A stretch of DNA of 64,000 nt from the NCBI GenBank assembly GCA_903813345.2, contig CAIIXF020000001.1:39742001-39806000 (forward strand), in the 5' to 3' direction. Positions 1 to 12,000 of this stretch are shown piece after piece. The notes beneath the pieces were generated by a model. The model searched no databases. It worked only from the letters and a program-made list of their open reading frames with translations, and was not told where the DNA came from. The position numbers and the translations under genes are program-made. The DNA comes from Owenia fusiformis. Lineage: Eukaryota. Position 1 is the first letter of the stretch. Every line of letters starts with the position of its first letter.

Positions 1-199
1 TAATTTTATTTTCTTTCTCACACCAGTTTTCATGGAAAGCAATATAAAAAATATAAAAATTAAGCAATTGATATTTGGCTAACATTCTTTTGATTTGTTA
101 CATCTTTCGATATGTAATATAGTTTATTGATGTTTGAGTTTTTTTACTATCAAATCACTTGCCCCTTTTCGATGTTATATCAGTAGAAATATGTCGTGC

Positions 200-2030
200 A
201 AACCCCAGGCTTATTGGCAAATTAGGAGAACTTATTAAGAGTAATTAATTATGGATGATATATCGAACCGTCAGCTCTTCCGAACTACTCTGCCCTTTCT
301 TCCTTAATATGGTCGACTTATCACGAGCCGTGTCGCTCCTTCTCGTGGCTTTGCTGTTAATCAGCTGGACCTCATCAGTTGAATCTATTTCCTTTTATCA
401 TGTTATCCAGGGCTCTAGTGTGTCAGCAGTTGTGGAAAAGTTTCGATGAGAACGCTATGACAAATGTTACCAATGGGATTTTTTGTTAAATAGATCATAC
501 ATTTGGGAGACTGCTTGTAAATCATGCGAAACTGAATGTCTCATGGAATTAATAAAGATATTTCATTTTCACGACTTGTATTCGTCTTCTTTGTAATATT
601 GAAATTAAGTTCTGCATATTCGTTTTGAGGGCATGATCACCCAGGGTGTGTTACAAAAAAGGATTGGTATTCATTAGGAATTCCAAGCTGTGACTTGTAT
701 ACGACACTGGGGTTTAGAGCTTATTATTATATACCCAATATGTAACACTAATCCTGATTGGTCAATACCTAGTCACGTGTTCCGAAATAGATTTACTATT
801 TCCCTCGGAAAGTTATATTCCCTCAAATGTGACGTCAGCGGGAATATACATTTGAACTATTGCCCGCTGACGTCACAATTGCAAGTTCTATTACCCTTGG
901 AAACGTCTGCGCATCATCACTGCGCAGACGAAAAACCGAAAAATGGAGGATGAGCACAAACACAAATCAACTCCGTTCACCATGACAGACGTGCGTGAAC
1001 GATACAATATAAGCAACGTGTATAAAGTTCCCTAAGCTCAATACGTCTGTGTAATTTCAAGTGTTATGATAATCTATTCCGCGTGTTAAACGCGATTGAA
1101 TTTGTCAAGTGAGAGTCTCAGAGGCAAAAATTTCTGTTGAGCATCTGATGACGTCACAGCTTATAATGCTAACAATGGACCCGGGGAGGGGGCTTTCTAA
1201 GCCTTTTTGGCCTTCGCAGAGGAAACGGGACAAGAGTCAGTATAGGGTATATAATAAAACAAATAGTGACTGCCTAATTTCGAGCAATAGTGTAAATGAT
1301 TTCCCCTTGGGAATATCCTCTACAATGTACTATTCCCTCAGCCTGCGGCTTCGGGAATAGTACATTGTAGAGGATATTCCCTCGGGGAAATAATTTACAC
1401 TATTGCCCTCAATGGCAGTCACTATTTGTATACTAGTATACACATAGTATTTTCGAAAACGAAAAGTGTGTTGAGGACCATAACTCATATGGTCCTCAAC
1501 ACACATTGTTTCTAAATATGCTGCATATAAAATACGCCAAAAACGATCCTCGGTTAAAATCATTTTCAAAGATCACATCCCGATCTTTAATAACCTCCGG
1601 ATTATAATTGATTATATATCCCTGCGTGATCAACCTCTGATCTGGAGAGATTGATTGGTTAATTATAAGTAGTTTTTCAAGGAAGTAGAGAATTCGGTAT
1701 AATTCAGCTGAATATACATATTTCGCTATAAGTAAAACTTATGATAGAATAAAGAAACTTCGCTCATCCGTGAAAGCATGACTTATGTTTACGCGTATAC
1801 GTTATAAATAAGTATAAGGGATTAAAAACAACGTTTTATCAGGGATGGCTCCCTAAAGAGAGCTGCGCGACAATTGATGACGCAGTACACACATTTTATG
1901 CGTTATAAACATAGGGGATTGATAGACACGCTATACGTGCGATTGTAAAAATGCGAAATCTATCTTTAATTATTCAAATACGTCTACTAACTTCATTCAC
2001 TTTAATTCCCTTAACAAATTGTAGAATAGA
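200..2030 (+). pseudogene. Toll/TLR-like pseudogene remnant 1 (LRR, LRRCT, TIR), interrupted by a hairpin element at 724-1432
   Basis: Manual translation. 430-618 reads LWKSFDENAMTNVTNGIFC*...HAKLNVSWN**RYFIF (Toll-type LRRs). About 1605-1640 reads IDYISLRDQPL (LRRCT-like). 1921-2000 reads DRHAIRAIVKMRNLSLII/STNFIH (TIR 'AI..SRR.ILI+S.NF'). Many stops; boundaries approximate. Confidence 0.5.
724..1432 (+). mobile_element. Non-autonomous element with asymmetric inverted repeat and long terminal hairpin (Crypton-like architecture)
   Basis: 724-740 TTATTATATACCCAATA is the inverse of 1241-1257 (1 mismatch). It is followed by an ~80-bp-arm hairpin at 1259-1429. Family assignment is from recollection of invertebrate Crypton derivatives. 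Confidence 0.6.
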
Positions 2031-2557
2031 TTCCTAACATAAAATTGCGAAAGGTGAAAGTACGATTTAAGATCAAGAAACATGTCTTAGATCGTTATGC
2101 AAGTCTTCATTTATATATTTATGTGGGCGGACAAAACCATGCGGGAAGAGTTGGTGTAGCTATTGAATGCAAAGTCTATAGCTGTAATAGATTAATATGT
2201 TGTGGGTGAACTATACGAAATTTCCAAAAGTGAGCGCTCTTATTTTGCGTCTGCCATTGTGCTTTTATAAATTGATGGGTCAAAACTTCACCTAAAACTT
2301 GATTCTCGTCTTGATGCGCAAATCAGAGATTCCCAAACATCCATAATATTAACACAGCAGACTGCATCTGTATGTGATAGCATCCTTCCCTTTTCTCTCT
2401 TATCTAACTGTCCAATGAACAACTAGGAATCTTAAATTGGGCAGATATGGATAGTGATAAATGAATTACTGTATCTGCATATAGAAGATTTCTATCATTA
2501 CAATTTAATCAACATGAAAAATTCCATCTTATTGGTATAAATAGATAAATCATGCCC

Positions 2558-5500
2558 TTATCTGCCATTTACTTGGAACTTAACTACATTTGTCCATCTA
2601 TCTGTGTCAAATTGTTTATATTTGCTAGGCAATATCACAAAAAGAAATATGTTCCCATCGAGTGATGCGAGCGATGCCGCATCAACATAGATTTTCTTGT
2701 CTCTAGTCGATTTTGCATCAGTATTTACATGTACCATCAAAATGCCAATGCAACGATGGAAATCAGATCCAAATCACAACGTCAGATAAAAGGGATTAAT
2801 ATCAATAATAAATACTATTCCTTGAAAGCTATATAGCCGACCAAAAAAATCTCTCATGAACAATTCATATATCCATCACCAATACGCTACTGTAGTATAT
2901 TCCAACATCCTGAAGTTGGCCATGGACAAGTGGACAATACAAAGCTATGGAAAACGCAATTCATATACATGGCCTCAATATCCCAATAGGCTTTATCAGC
3001 AGCTGAGCATTCAAGTGCAGAATCGCCTATGCTAGTTCATTTTTCTGACATTGACGGATGGATATTTAAAACAGATATTTTTCTTGAAGTCATTGTATGA
3101 TATGATAAGATGTTATATCACACCAAGAAACGCATAGCAAATGTTTCCCCCTCCGGAAACGATCAATTTATTCAAATACCTTATCACTGGATTCCCTTCA
3201 TCTTAGTGATTTGACCGTAGTATCTTCATGTCATTATCTAAATTAAGATAACAACAAAAAAATAAGTACAAAAATTGTCTCTCGCCGTGGGCGCATGTGA
3301 TGTTAGCTACACCAAATTTAATACGATGTCGAAACGAACTTGGGATATTGGTTTTCTGTCTCGTCGACCGTCTTGTAATACTGTCCAATCTCCTGGGGGA
3401 ACTTAAGACGTGACTTATGGAAATGCGCCACTAAATGCGGGTGACATTTTGAGTTAATGACATTAAAACCCAAACTGCCCAAGTTAAAGGCACATTAAGA
3501 AGCTTCAGGATAGGATTACATCATCTTAAAAATCATTATCGGTATTAAAAATGTATAAATATTCCTTTCAATGTTGCGTCTGTCGAGATGAGGTAGGGGT
3601 TGCCCAAGGGTGACTTACAATAGGTGTTACTGTCTACCTGTCCATAGGATAAATATCATACATTGTACACTCCCCTCCAAAAGTTTGGCAACTGGAAGTC
3701 TCGTTTTTGATAATTTAAGCAAGCCTGTCAAAGTTATGTTTTTCGATTGAAAATAATCATCCAATTACCCAGATGCAAGCAGGAAGTTACCATTTCACCA
3801 ACAGGTGGCTAATTCGGGTCATATAACATGGCAGGTATACTAGAAAGTTCCCTAAACTTGAATATTCATCAGTTCTAGTAGATCAATATTTTCATATTAT
3901 TAACTTTATGCATCTGATAGTTACATAAATGAAAATATGCCCCGTAAAACAAAATATTATCTGTCCAATAAAAGAAAACATGTTTAATTTTTGTGGTTGT
4001 ATAATATTTGGTCAATGGGGAATCTCCCCGATATAGAAAAATAAATGTTCAGAGTTAATAAACAATTTTTGAAACCATATTTCTAAATGTAATTTTACAT
4101 GAAGATTTCAAATACGATATTACTTTGGCTGAAGTTCGAATATTTATTCTAATGTATTCAAATTCCCGAACTATTGTAATTTGGGAACAAAATTTAGGGA
4201 AGTACAAACAGTATATTGAAACGGATTCGGAATCTGAACAGAACGGTTTGAGATAAAATCTGATTTTGCAACGAAATCAAACCATTAGGAATTCGAGACC
4301 CTGGGATTATGCATGATTGAAGTAAAATTTAAGCATTACCTGTTACCGCATGGTTATAATATTAATATAATTCAGTGCCTCATATGGCTCATATATAGTG
4401 GAAACCAAGTAGAGACCTCTGAGAAAATGGCCCAAGGACACATGCAAATTAAATAATGGAATGGATTTGTTGTAGCATATTGTCTATTGCATTTCATTTC
4501 TAAGCAGCGGAATAATAACCGCAAACGTAAACGTTGCAATATGCACGTACTTACTCATGTGCTGTAATTAATAACCCGTAGCTTACATTTGCAAATAGGC
4601 TTGAATTTTCAAAAATTCTCAGTGCTTCAAAACTGTTTGTTTTGTCAATAGCATTGTCTGAATTTGCCCAAAATCAACTAAATACTTGGGATTACGCCAA
4701 TGATAAATGGGTATTTGTCGTATCATTCAATTTTGGTTGCGGGTATAATATCAATTCTAATCCCCTTTGAGAGGATCCAAATGTAACACCAGTGTACGTC
4801 GTCTTTAGTCTGAATGCGTCATGTTTGATCGACGGTTCACTGTATCAACTATCAAAGTCTCGTTGACCTTCAAGATAAGTATCTTATGGAACAAGATGCC
4901 AGATTTATACTCAATATCTGGTGCGTAACTCTTCCTAATGCCCTTGCTCGGGAATCAATAGTCTTTAAGTATTTCATGCCTTTATAGATTGGACACAAAA
5001 TGATTTCACTATTCCTCATATTTGTACAACTAGACAGACCCAAGATGTTCTCCTGGGTTGAAAAAGTGATGACTTTTATGGATGATGAGATTAAACCTGT
5101 CATCTTAAAAAGTGGGTATTTCGAACGTGACCACAGGGTGTACTCACGCACGTTGGCAAGGGCAACGATCATGATCCAAAGATCCATGTAGTTCAATAGA
5201 AGATGCTGGCATGCACTTTTGGAAAAGCACTAAGTAGGATCGTATCAATAAAATAGTCCATATCGATGCGAGGCCCTATTTTATGGTTATGAGAATCGCG
5301 CGCATTAATATAATCCCTTTTAAGCGTTGTGTAGGGACGATTTCATAATAAATAATCTTTGACATTCCTAAAAGTCATTCTCCTGCGAATCAGCTAAGAT
5401 GAAACAGGGGCCAATTAGAGGCAATGATTGTCGTAATGAAAACGATGTTCGCCCGTGGAACTGGGGACTTTGATGTGGATATAGATCTTACTATATTACC

Positions 5501-7330
5501 AATTGCTGCCAATTTGTAAGCACGTCCCTCCAATAATCCTAAATTGCATCAAATAACCATTCCAAATGCTTAGTAATTGTGGTTTGTTGTCATGAAATTG
5601 TGAAATCTATTACTCAGAAATAACAAAATGATTCTCCTAATAAACGATTTCCTAATGACAGCCATATAACCTGTAAAGAACTTAAAGAACGAAGCAGCAA
5701 CGATAATTCTACGATCAATTCTGAGTTCCAATTATCTCAAATGAATTTTTACATAATCAACGGGTATCTAATCTCCCACAACTACAAAACAATTGAGGCA
5801 TGTTATTTAATAAATGCAATCAGTATGCCCAATGCATTGTTCCTTCGGAGAGGACTGTCTTGTGAAACTACTACACTCGCATCGCTGGACGACACTGGCA
5901 TTGATCGTAGAGAATTGGGGGAAATCAAAGAAAATCTATCAAGGGCAAAGATGTTATTTATGATTCTCATAAATATCATTTGCAAGGCCTTATTTAGAGG
6001 GTGAAATGGAAAAAGTCAACGTATGCCCAAATATGTCAGCTGGATTCCAATGATAAATTCTTGGGGAATAATTTCCCTTAGGACAATATTTTGAATTAAA
6101 ATGTAATGAAAATATTGTACCCAGGGTAGCACTTAATTTTGTTTATGGATTCCTTGACAAGAGAGGGGAAGTGATTTTGCAATATCACTTATATAATATA
6201 TATGTATCCATGTATGCCCCTTATCCTCGACTTTCGAAGGTACAAACATTTTGTCATGCAAAGGGCATCATGAAAAATCATGGCCTTCTGTTACCTTCTT
6301 TGTGGTTGGAGACAGAAAGATGTAATCAGTATAAGAATGTTCGCCAGGAGTTTTGATAAATTTAACCCCTCCCCCGTAAGTAGACCGACCGGAAGTTTTC
6401 ATCTGATATAATATCAAAGTCTGACAATGTGTGGATCTTAATTGTGTTCGCCAAACACGAACAGCTTTAAAACGTAAACCAAAATGGGGTTTCTGCTCGC
6501 CAATTTTATAGTGTATAGTGGTATAGTGTTAGGCTTAGTTAGACTTAAAAATAGAGGAGTTTCCACCCATAGCTTTGCAAACGCGTTAGAGTCTTGTTTT
6601 AATAAGCTTTTGGGAGAGATGCATTTTTAGCATTAAAGCATCGGTTTCTTAATTTTCTATCAAAACAACTTTGATTCGTACAGTTATTTACCTTCATGCA
6701 AATTCTAAATAGTTTTATGTTTTCTGAAAATGGTAGAGCTAAATCCCCATTGATACAATGTTGAAAAACCTAAAAAAAAGTTCATTTACTTTTATAAGGA
6801 TCACAATTCAACTTTAATGTTAAATCACAATTGGCAAGTTCATATCATACATATGATTACATTCCAATGGTGTTTTACGTTGATCCATATGGAATTACTT
6901 GTTAGATCAAGAAATTAAGTGGCTCTTGCTGTATGTGTCAATGTATTCTAGCCCTACCAACACTCATGCTGTCATCTGTTTTTCCATTTATATAGAAAAT
7001 GGTCTATTGGCGAGTAATGAGCAAATGTATTGTGGTCAGACTTATAACGGTGGTGATAGAAAATGATGAACAAGTAAACGGACTTGAAATTTGCGAAATC
7101 ACTTTCAGCTCGTTCATGAATGCTTGTTAGGCGTAAACTGTCGTATGAGAGTAACATTCGGTTTTAGAGTCTTTTCTTCCAGAAATATTAACATCTTCCT
7201 TAGGCTCCACCGGTCTTTCAGCGAGATACAGACTTGTCCCTCTCGGGATAAACCATTCTCAAAGCTTCAAGAATCTTTAGACTACTTGACATGCATGAAG
7301 ATCCAAGTCATGGGCAACTTGTGCTAGCAC
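2558..7330 (-). pseudogene. Toll/TLR-like pseudogene remnant 2 (LRRNT-LRRs-LRRCT/TM-TIR), interrupted by repeats at ~3668-4330 and ~6120-6965
   Basis: Motifs occur in order on the minus strand: TSCP*LGSSC (~7320); LTSIHERAESDFANFKSVYL (~7130); NNIFALDRFSLISPNSLRSM (~5950); LSSLQVIWLSLGNRL (~5680); YKGMKYLKTID (~4980); ANITCAHGERQFLYLFFCCY (~3300). 2920-2558 is one frame, LE..YELFMRDFFG...SLDGNIFLFVILPSKYKQFDTDRWTNVVKF (TIR-like). Confidence 0.55.
3668..4330. mobile_element. Tc1/mariner-type MITE end plus dispersed repeat (3786-4145 similar to 61922-62295)
   Basis: TA-CACTCCCCTCCAAAAGTTTGGCAAC terminus is shared with elements at 23212 and 29886. Internal segment is visibly homologous to 61922-62295. 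Right end not found. Confidence 0.55.
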
Positions 7331-7938
7331 TGCTCGCAATGTTTTCTAAAATCTAATCAAAACACTCAATGTTCAGCTACTCCGTCCAGCCTAACACAAT
7401 TAACGTCGAAGTGGAACTAATCCGTTAATAAGGGAAGACCGAATATGGGGGGCAACAGAGGACATTTTAGAGCACGGAGTTGATTGAACTGAATTGCCCT
7501 TCACTATTGGATAAGTATACTATTAACTGCATAAAAAGTGACACAGCACGGTTGTCGTATTTACCCATTATTACTTCGATAATAATTTAAGAAGCTGCCT
7601 TTTGTGTCGACCCACGTCATAAGAGATTTAGAAAGCTTGCTAGTCATCACCATACTCCAACCAACAAACAAGATCATTACACCATAAGCATGATAACTAT
7701 CATTATATTTCGTCAAATCAAGTTTGACAAAGCTCGGAATGTCATTCTGTACCTGTATTGTATCAACAACTACCGTAATGACGATGATAGCGCAAACCTC
7801 ATTTAGTTGCTCGTTCTTTCATTGTTCATCCGCACGCCGATATCGAAAGATTGCATCATTAATTCATCGATTTGCCTGTATTAAGTATAAATAAGTAGAT
7901 AAGTGAATTGAATTCAATTAAAATAACGTTAATAATCA

Positions 7939-9000
7939 TCATGAACTAAACTGCAAACCTTTCTCAAGAATTTGAAAGACCTTTATATGCTTAACTAAAC
8001 AGATACTGAACAGATATGAGTGGCCCCCGTTAATATATCTAGGACAGCCACACCATATACGAAGTGATCGGACTAAAACCATACGGATACAGTAAAGGAC
8101 GAGAAACGGTAACAACAATTTTGTCCCCATGGACTCCATGTTGTCGGACAGATAATATCTAGAGTTTAAGCTTGCAATGTTTTTCACAAACTAAACGTGA
8201 ATGGAAAATATTAAAGCGATGCATTTGTATGGGCGATTGGTCATACGTCAGGTTGGCGTTTCGATATTATATGCAAGCTTAAACTCCCTATTATTTTCTT
8301 TAACTGGACATATTTTCATCACATAATATTACCAGAAACACAAGGCTTATATGAAAATTTTATCAACTTCAACTGATGAATAAGGGAACTTTCTTATCTG
8401 CCACGTTACTTGATCCAAATCAGCCACTGATGAAACTGGTAACTACCTACTTGCATTACTGGCCTTCATTTACACGCAGCGATATACTGTTGGAATTTCG
8501 TGTCCACGATGCTGGCCTTTGGTAATTTGATTTAATCGGAATAAAAAACCTCGAGAAGAATAAAGTATATTAGTATTTAAAAAAAATTCTCAAAACTGCA
8601 TCGTCGAGTGTGCACATATGGTTAAAGAATAATCATTGAAAATTGGATTCCAACAATTATGTGATAAAGCATACGTGGAGATATGAATTAATTGAGGACA
8701 TTTTGGTATATCTATAGGCTTTCAAGAGAAGGGGATGCAATTTCCCAAATTTCTCTATAAACGCATTACATCAGGCATGGGCTTTTCTCTTGATGTAATC
8801 AAAAAGAAATAAACATGATTATATGCAAACATGTTGATCATAAAATATTAAATATAGTTCATTGAAATAATGGCAATGAAAGAATTGGAATGTGTTCTTG
8901 AATAAGTATACCCACAATGCAACGCTCGAGGAGAAAATGTTGTTAACTTTTCTTCGTATTGGTTATTTTCAGTTACATTTGACTGAGTTTAAGCATATTT
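7939..9000 (-). pseudogene. LRR-receptor pseudogene remnant 3 (LRRs + LRRCT)
   Basis: Reads VADLDQVTWQIRKFPYSS..VSGNI (~8430-8320) and KNIASLNSRYYLSDNMESM...LRIWCGCPRYI (ORF 7939-8187). Multiple stops. Confidence 0.45.
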
Positions 9001-9019
9001 ATAATTTAATTATATTCAA

Positions 9020-12000
9020 TGGACAATACTAAAATATGTCTTTTGGTCCGCGACATCGTCCATTTTTGTCAACGTTCCTCGTCCTTTATCGTATCCATAT
9101 TGTTTAGGTCCGATCACTCCGTATAGGTTGTAGGTGTCTAATAGGTTGCAAGATATATTTCTTACAGGGGCCAACTCACGTACTGAATAGTTAAATCCCA
9201 CAACCCGAGACAATAAAGATAAGCGATGTCCTTTATCACTAGATCTAGATAAAAACTACAAGACTGACTTCATACAAGAAAAACAGCAGAAATAATATCC
9301 TCTAATACCCCAATCTCCCTAGCGGGATATAAAAATGTTACTAATAATCAAATTACAAAACATCACAAGTGCAGAATTATCAATAGAGAGGTTGTTCAAA
9401 GTGAATGACAAAAAACATTAAGTGCGACAAAAACATGCACTTCATGAACTGCATAGATGAGTAAGCCAAGTAATAGGACACTAAAAGTCTATTTTGCCGA
9501 CTTTTATTTCTCTTTTGAATTCAAATAAATGCACTTCCTGACATTTTAATTTCTCGTCCTTTTTTCATTTACTCTATCTCTGATTTTAGTCCCCAGCTAT
9601 TGACCGGTGATGGAACTGCACGGAGGATAAATACTATATAGTAATGAGGCCTGGAGAATGTGATTGTTTTAACTGTACTCCGAAGTCGATAACCAAGATT
9701 TCTAACATCTATGGGTACGTCCAGGAAACTAATCCTCTTATCCGTCTTGAGCATCAATTGAAGCATAAAAATAACGATTAATGATTGATCATAGATTCCT
9801 AAATGAATTCCTACTTAATTTCCTTGTTGCAAAAGGCACAAGTGGCAATATAAATCTGAAGAAATGAAAAGGACCAAAAGTGGTAAAAACCATTGGAAAA
9901 AGGTGCATGCTTAATGTAAATGGTAACACATTTTCAAACAGTTCCTTAGTCTTTAGCTATAAAAAGTCACTGTGCGATCAGAAATGTATTTTTCAGATAC
10001 ATTTGACTTTAAACCTGCATACCATATGTATGCATGATGGCCCTTGTAAAAAGTTACTTTTGAAAATATGCTCTTTTAAAAGTCATTCCGTATCTTTTAA
10101 GTGATATTATATTGAATATTTTGCAATATGTGAAAATAGTTTTAGTCCAAGACTCAATGCATTGTGACTGATTCACTCCATTCGGGCGGTGTTTCCTAAA
10201 TTAGCACTAGATTCGCTTCTCACGCGCGCAAAGTTTGAAAAAACACCTTTGAGAAATGATAATCAGTCCAAAATTAAGACATTAAATTCTCCCAACCTTG
10301 TTCCGCCATGATCGACTGACCAATGAAAATTTGTCCGACTGGCGCGGTGCATTGTGAGAGATATGTATGTTTGTATTAATGTTTTCTTCTATGGCGAATT
10401 TGTCTATTGTGCTAATGACAGCACGATGTTTTTTTAGAATAGTGGTGAATTTGGTTTGGAAAAGAAATCAATTCTGTTATCCTTCGAAAAGAGTATTTAT
10501 TGTGAAAGTGAAAAGGAAATATTTAGAAATGATTGGTTTGAATTCAAAATATATATTTCTAGAATTCTTAATGCAGATAGTTGGTTGGTACTAAGAGAAA
10601 CAAGTGCCATTGCAGATGTATCCGTCATTACAGTACAGCGGATTCTAAAATTCGACGAGAATTTGAAAAAAGGTTTGTGAAAAGTGGATCAAGCTAAGCT
10701 TTTCACAGATTTACTAAAGCGAAAACGTGTCAAGATTGCGGTGCAGACTTTTTTCGTTTCTGGGTCTCTAAAGTAGAACCATGATTCGTCAGTTGTGATT
10801 TTTTACTTTAACACTTCCTCCTCAATGACGTATTGCTTGAGAAAGTCCCCAGTACATCAATAAGATCTCACCTGTTGAACACGCTGTCATCTATAGAAAA
10901 TGGCGAAAATTGCAAATTGTCATCATGATTTTGATAGATGGAGGGAAGTTAAAAGGTCAAATTCTAGAAAATGCACCTCATGTGTTAGAGTTGTTCCTTA
11001 TATAGTACAACTTTTCATTCCTCGAATTACCAAAGTCCAACCACTGGTGATGCTAATGTAATTACAGTAACTGCATATATTCTTGCTTTTAAAATGCCAT
11101 CTATTATCACTCCAGTGGAAGGATCGATTGGTTGTGTGTCCCCTTACAGATTTACAGTTCAGTGTAGAAATGATCGAACAAATTGAAATAATCAGGTTGC
11201 AACCAACGACGTTTACAAGATAAAAGTGTTGGTTAATCCCAATTAGCATTTGAACTTACTTTAACATATCAAGATCAATCTACGCAACGTGTAACACCAA
11301 AGATTTATTGAGATTTATTCACACACTTAACTACTCAGTTCCCCTGTTTGACATTTGTAAATGTTGCATATTTCTTGTCAAAGGTCGATTCGGAGTCTAT
11401 TCAAGATGAAAAGTATTTATTTGGTACCTCCAAATTAGTTGTCGACTAACTGTTCAAGCACGCTGTATCTGATGCCCAATTACGAACGATTTCACGCCAG
11501 GTGTACTTGTTTAGATGAGGAAATAAAAGTTTCCAAAAGTTGATTAACATCATCATGATAAACCGTGACATCTCAAATCTTCTCAGCCCTGAGATGCCAT
11601 GATATAATGAGCTTGGTTTTGGCGATCCAGGAGAGCCCAAAATTGAGGATTTTTGAGATCTTTCATCCCAGCTCATATTTCATATAATTGGGGTCATAAA
11701 ACTTGTGTAACTGTGCCTGTCGTAATATCTGCTGTTAACTACAATGCCTATTATGTAATGTATTGACATTACGGTAGATGATTACATGATAACAATCACA
11801 CTTATTGACAGTTATAACTCTTCCCATCTGATGTGCTCCATCCTCCGATCACAGGGCTCAAAATCCAGAATATATTCTTTCTTTTTACCCCCTGCGAATA
11901 AGTAGTTAGCGACAGAAATCATGTATAAGTGATTGCGCATAATTAGATCACGTGATTCAGTTTAATCGGGCGCTTCCAAATTGGTTATAGCAGGGGGAAG

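Noticed and set aside
9016..9335. Helentron-like 3' end (ATACCCC..GCGGGATATAAAAA)
   Set aside because: The minus strand continues the TIR-like reading of remnant 4, and no other element hallmarks are present.
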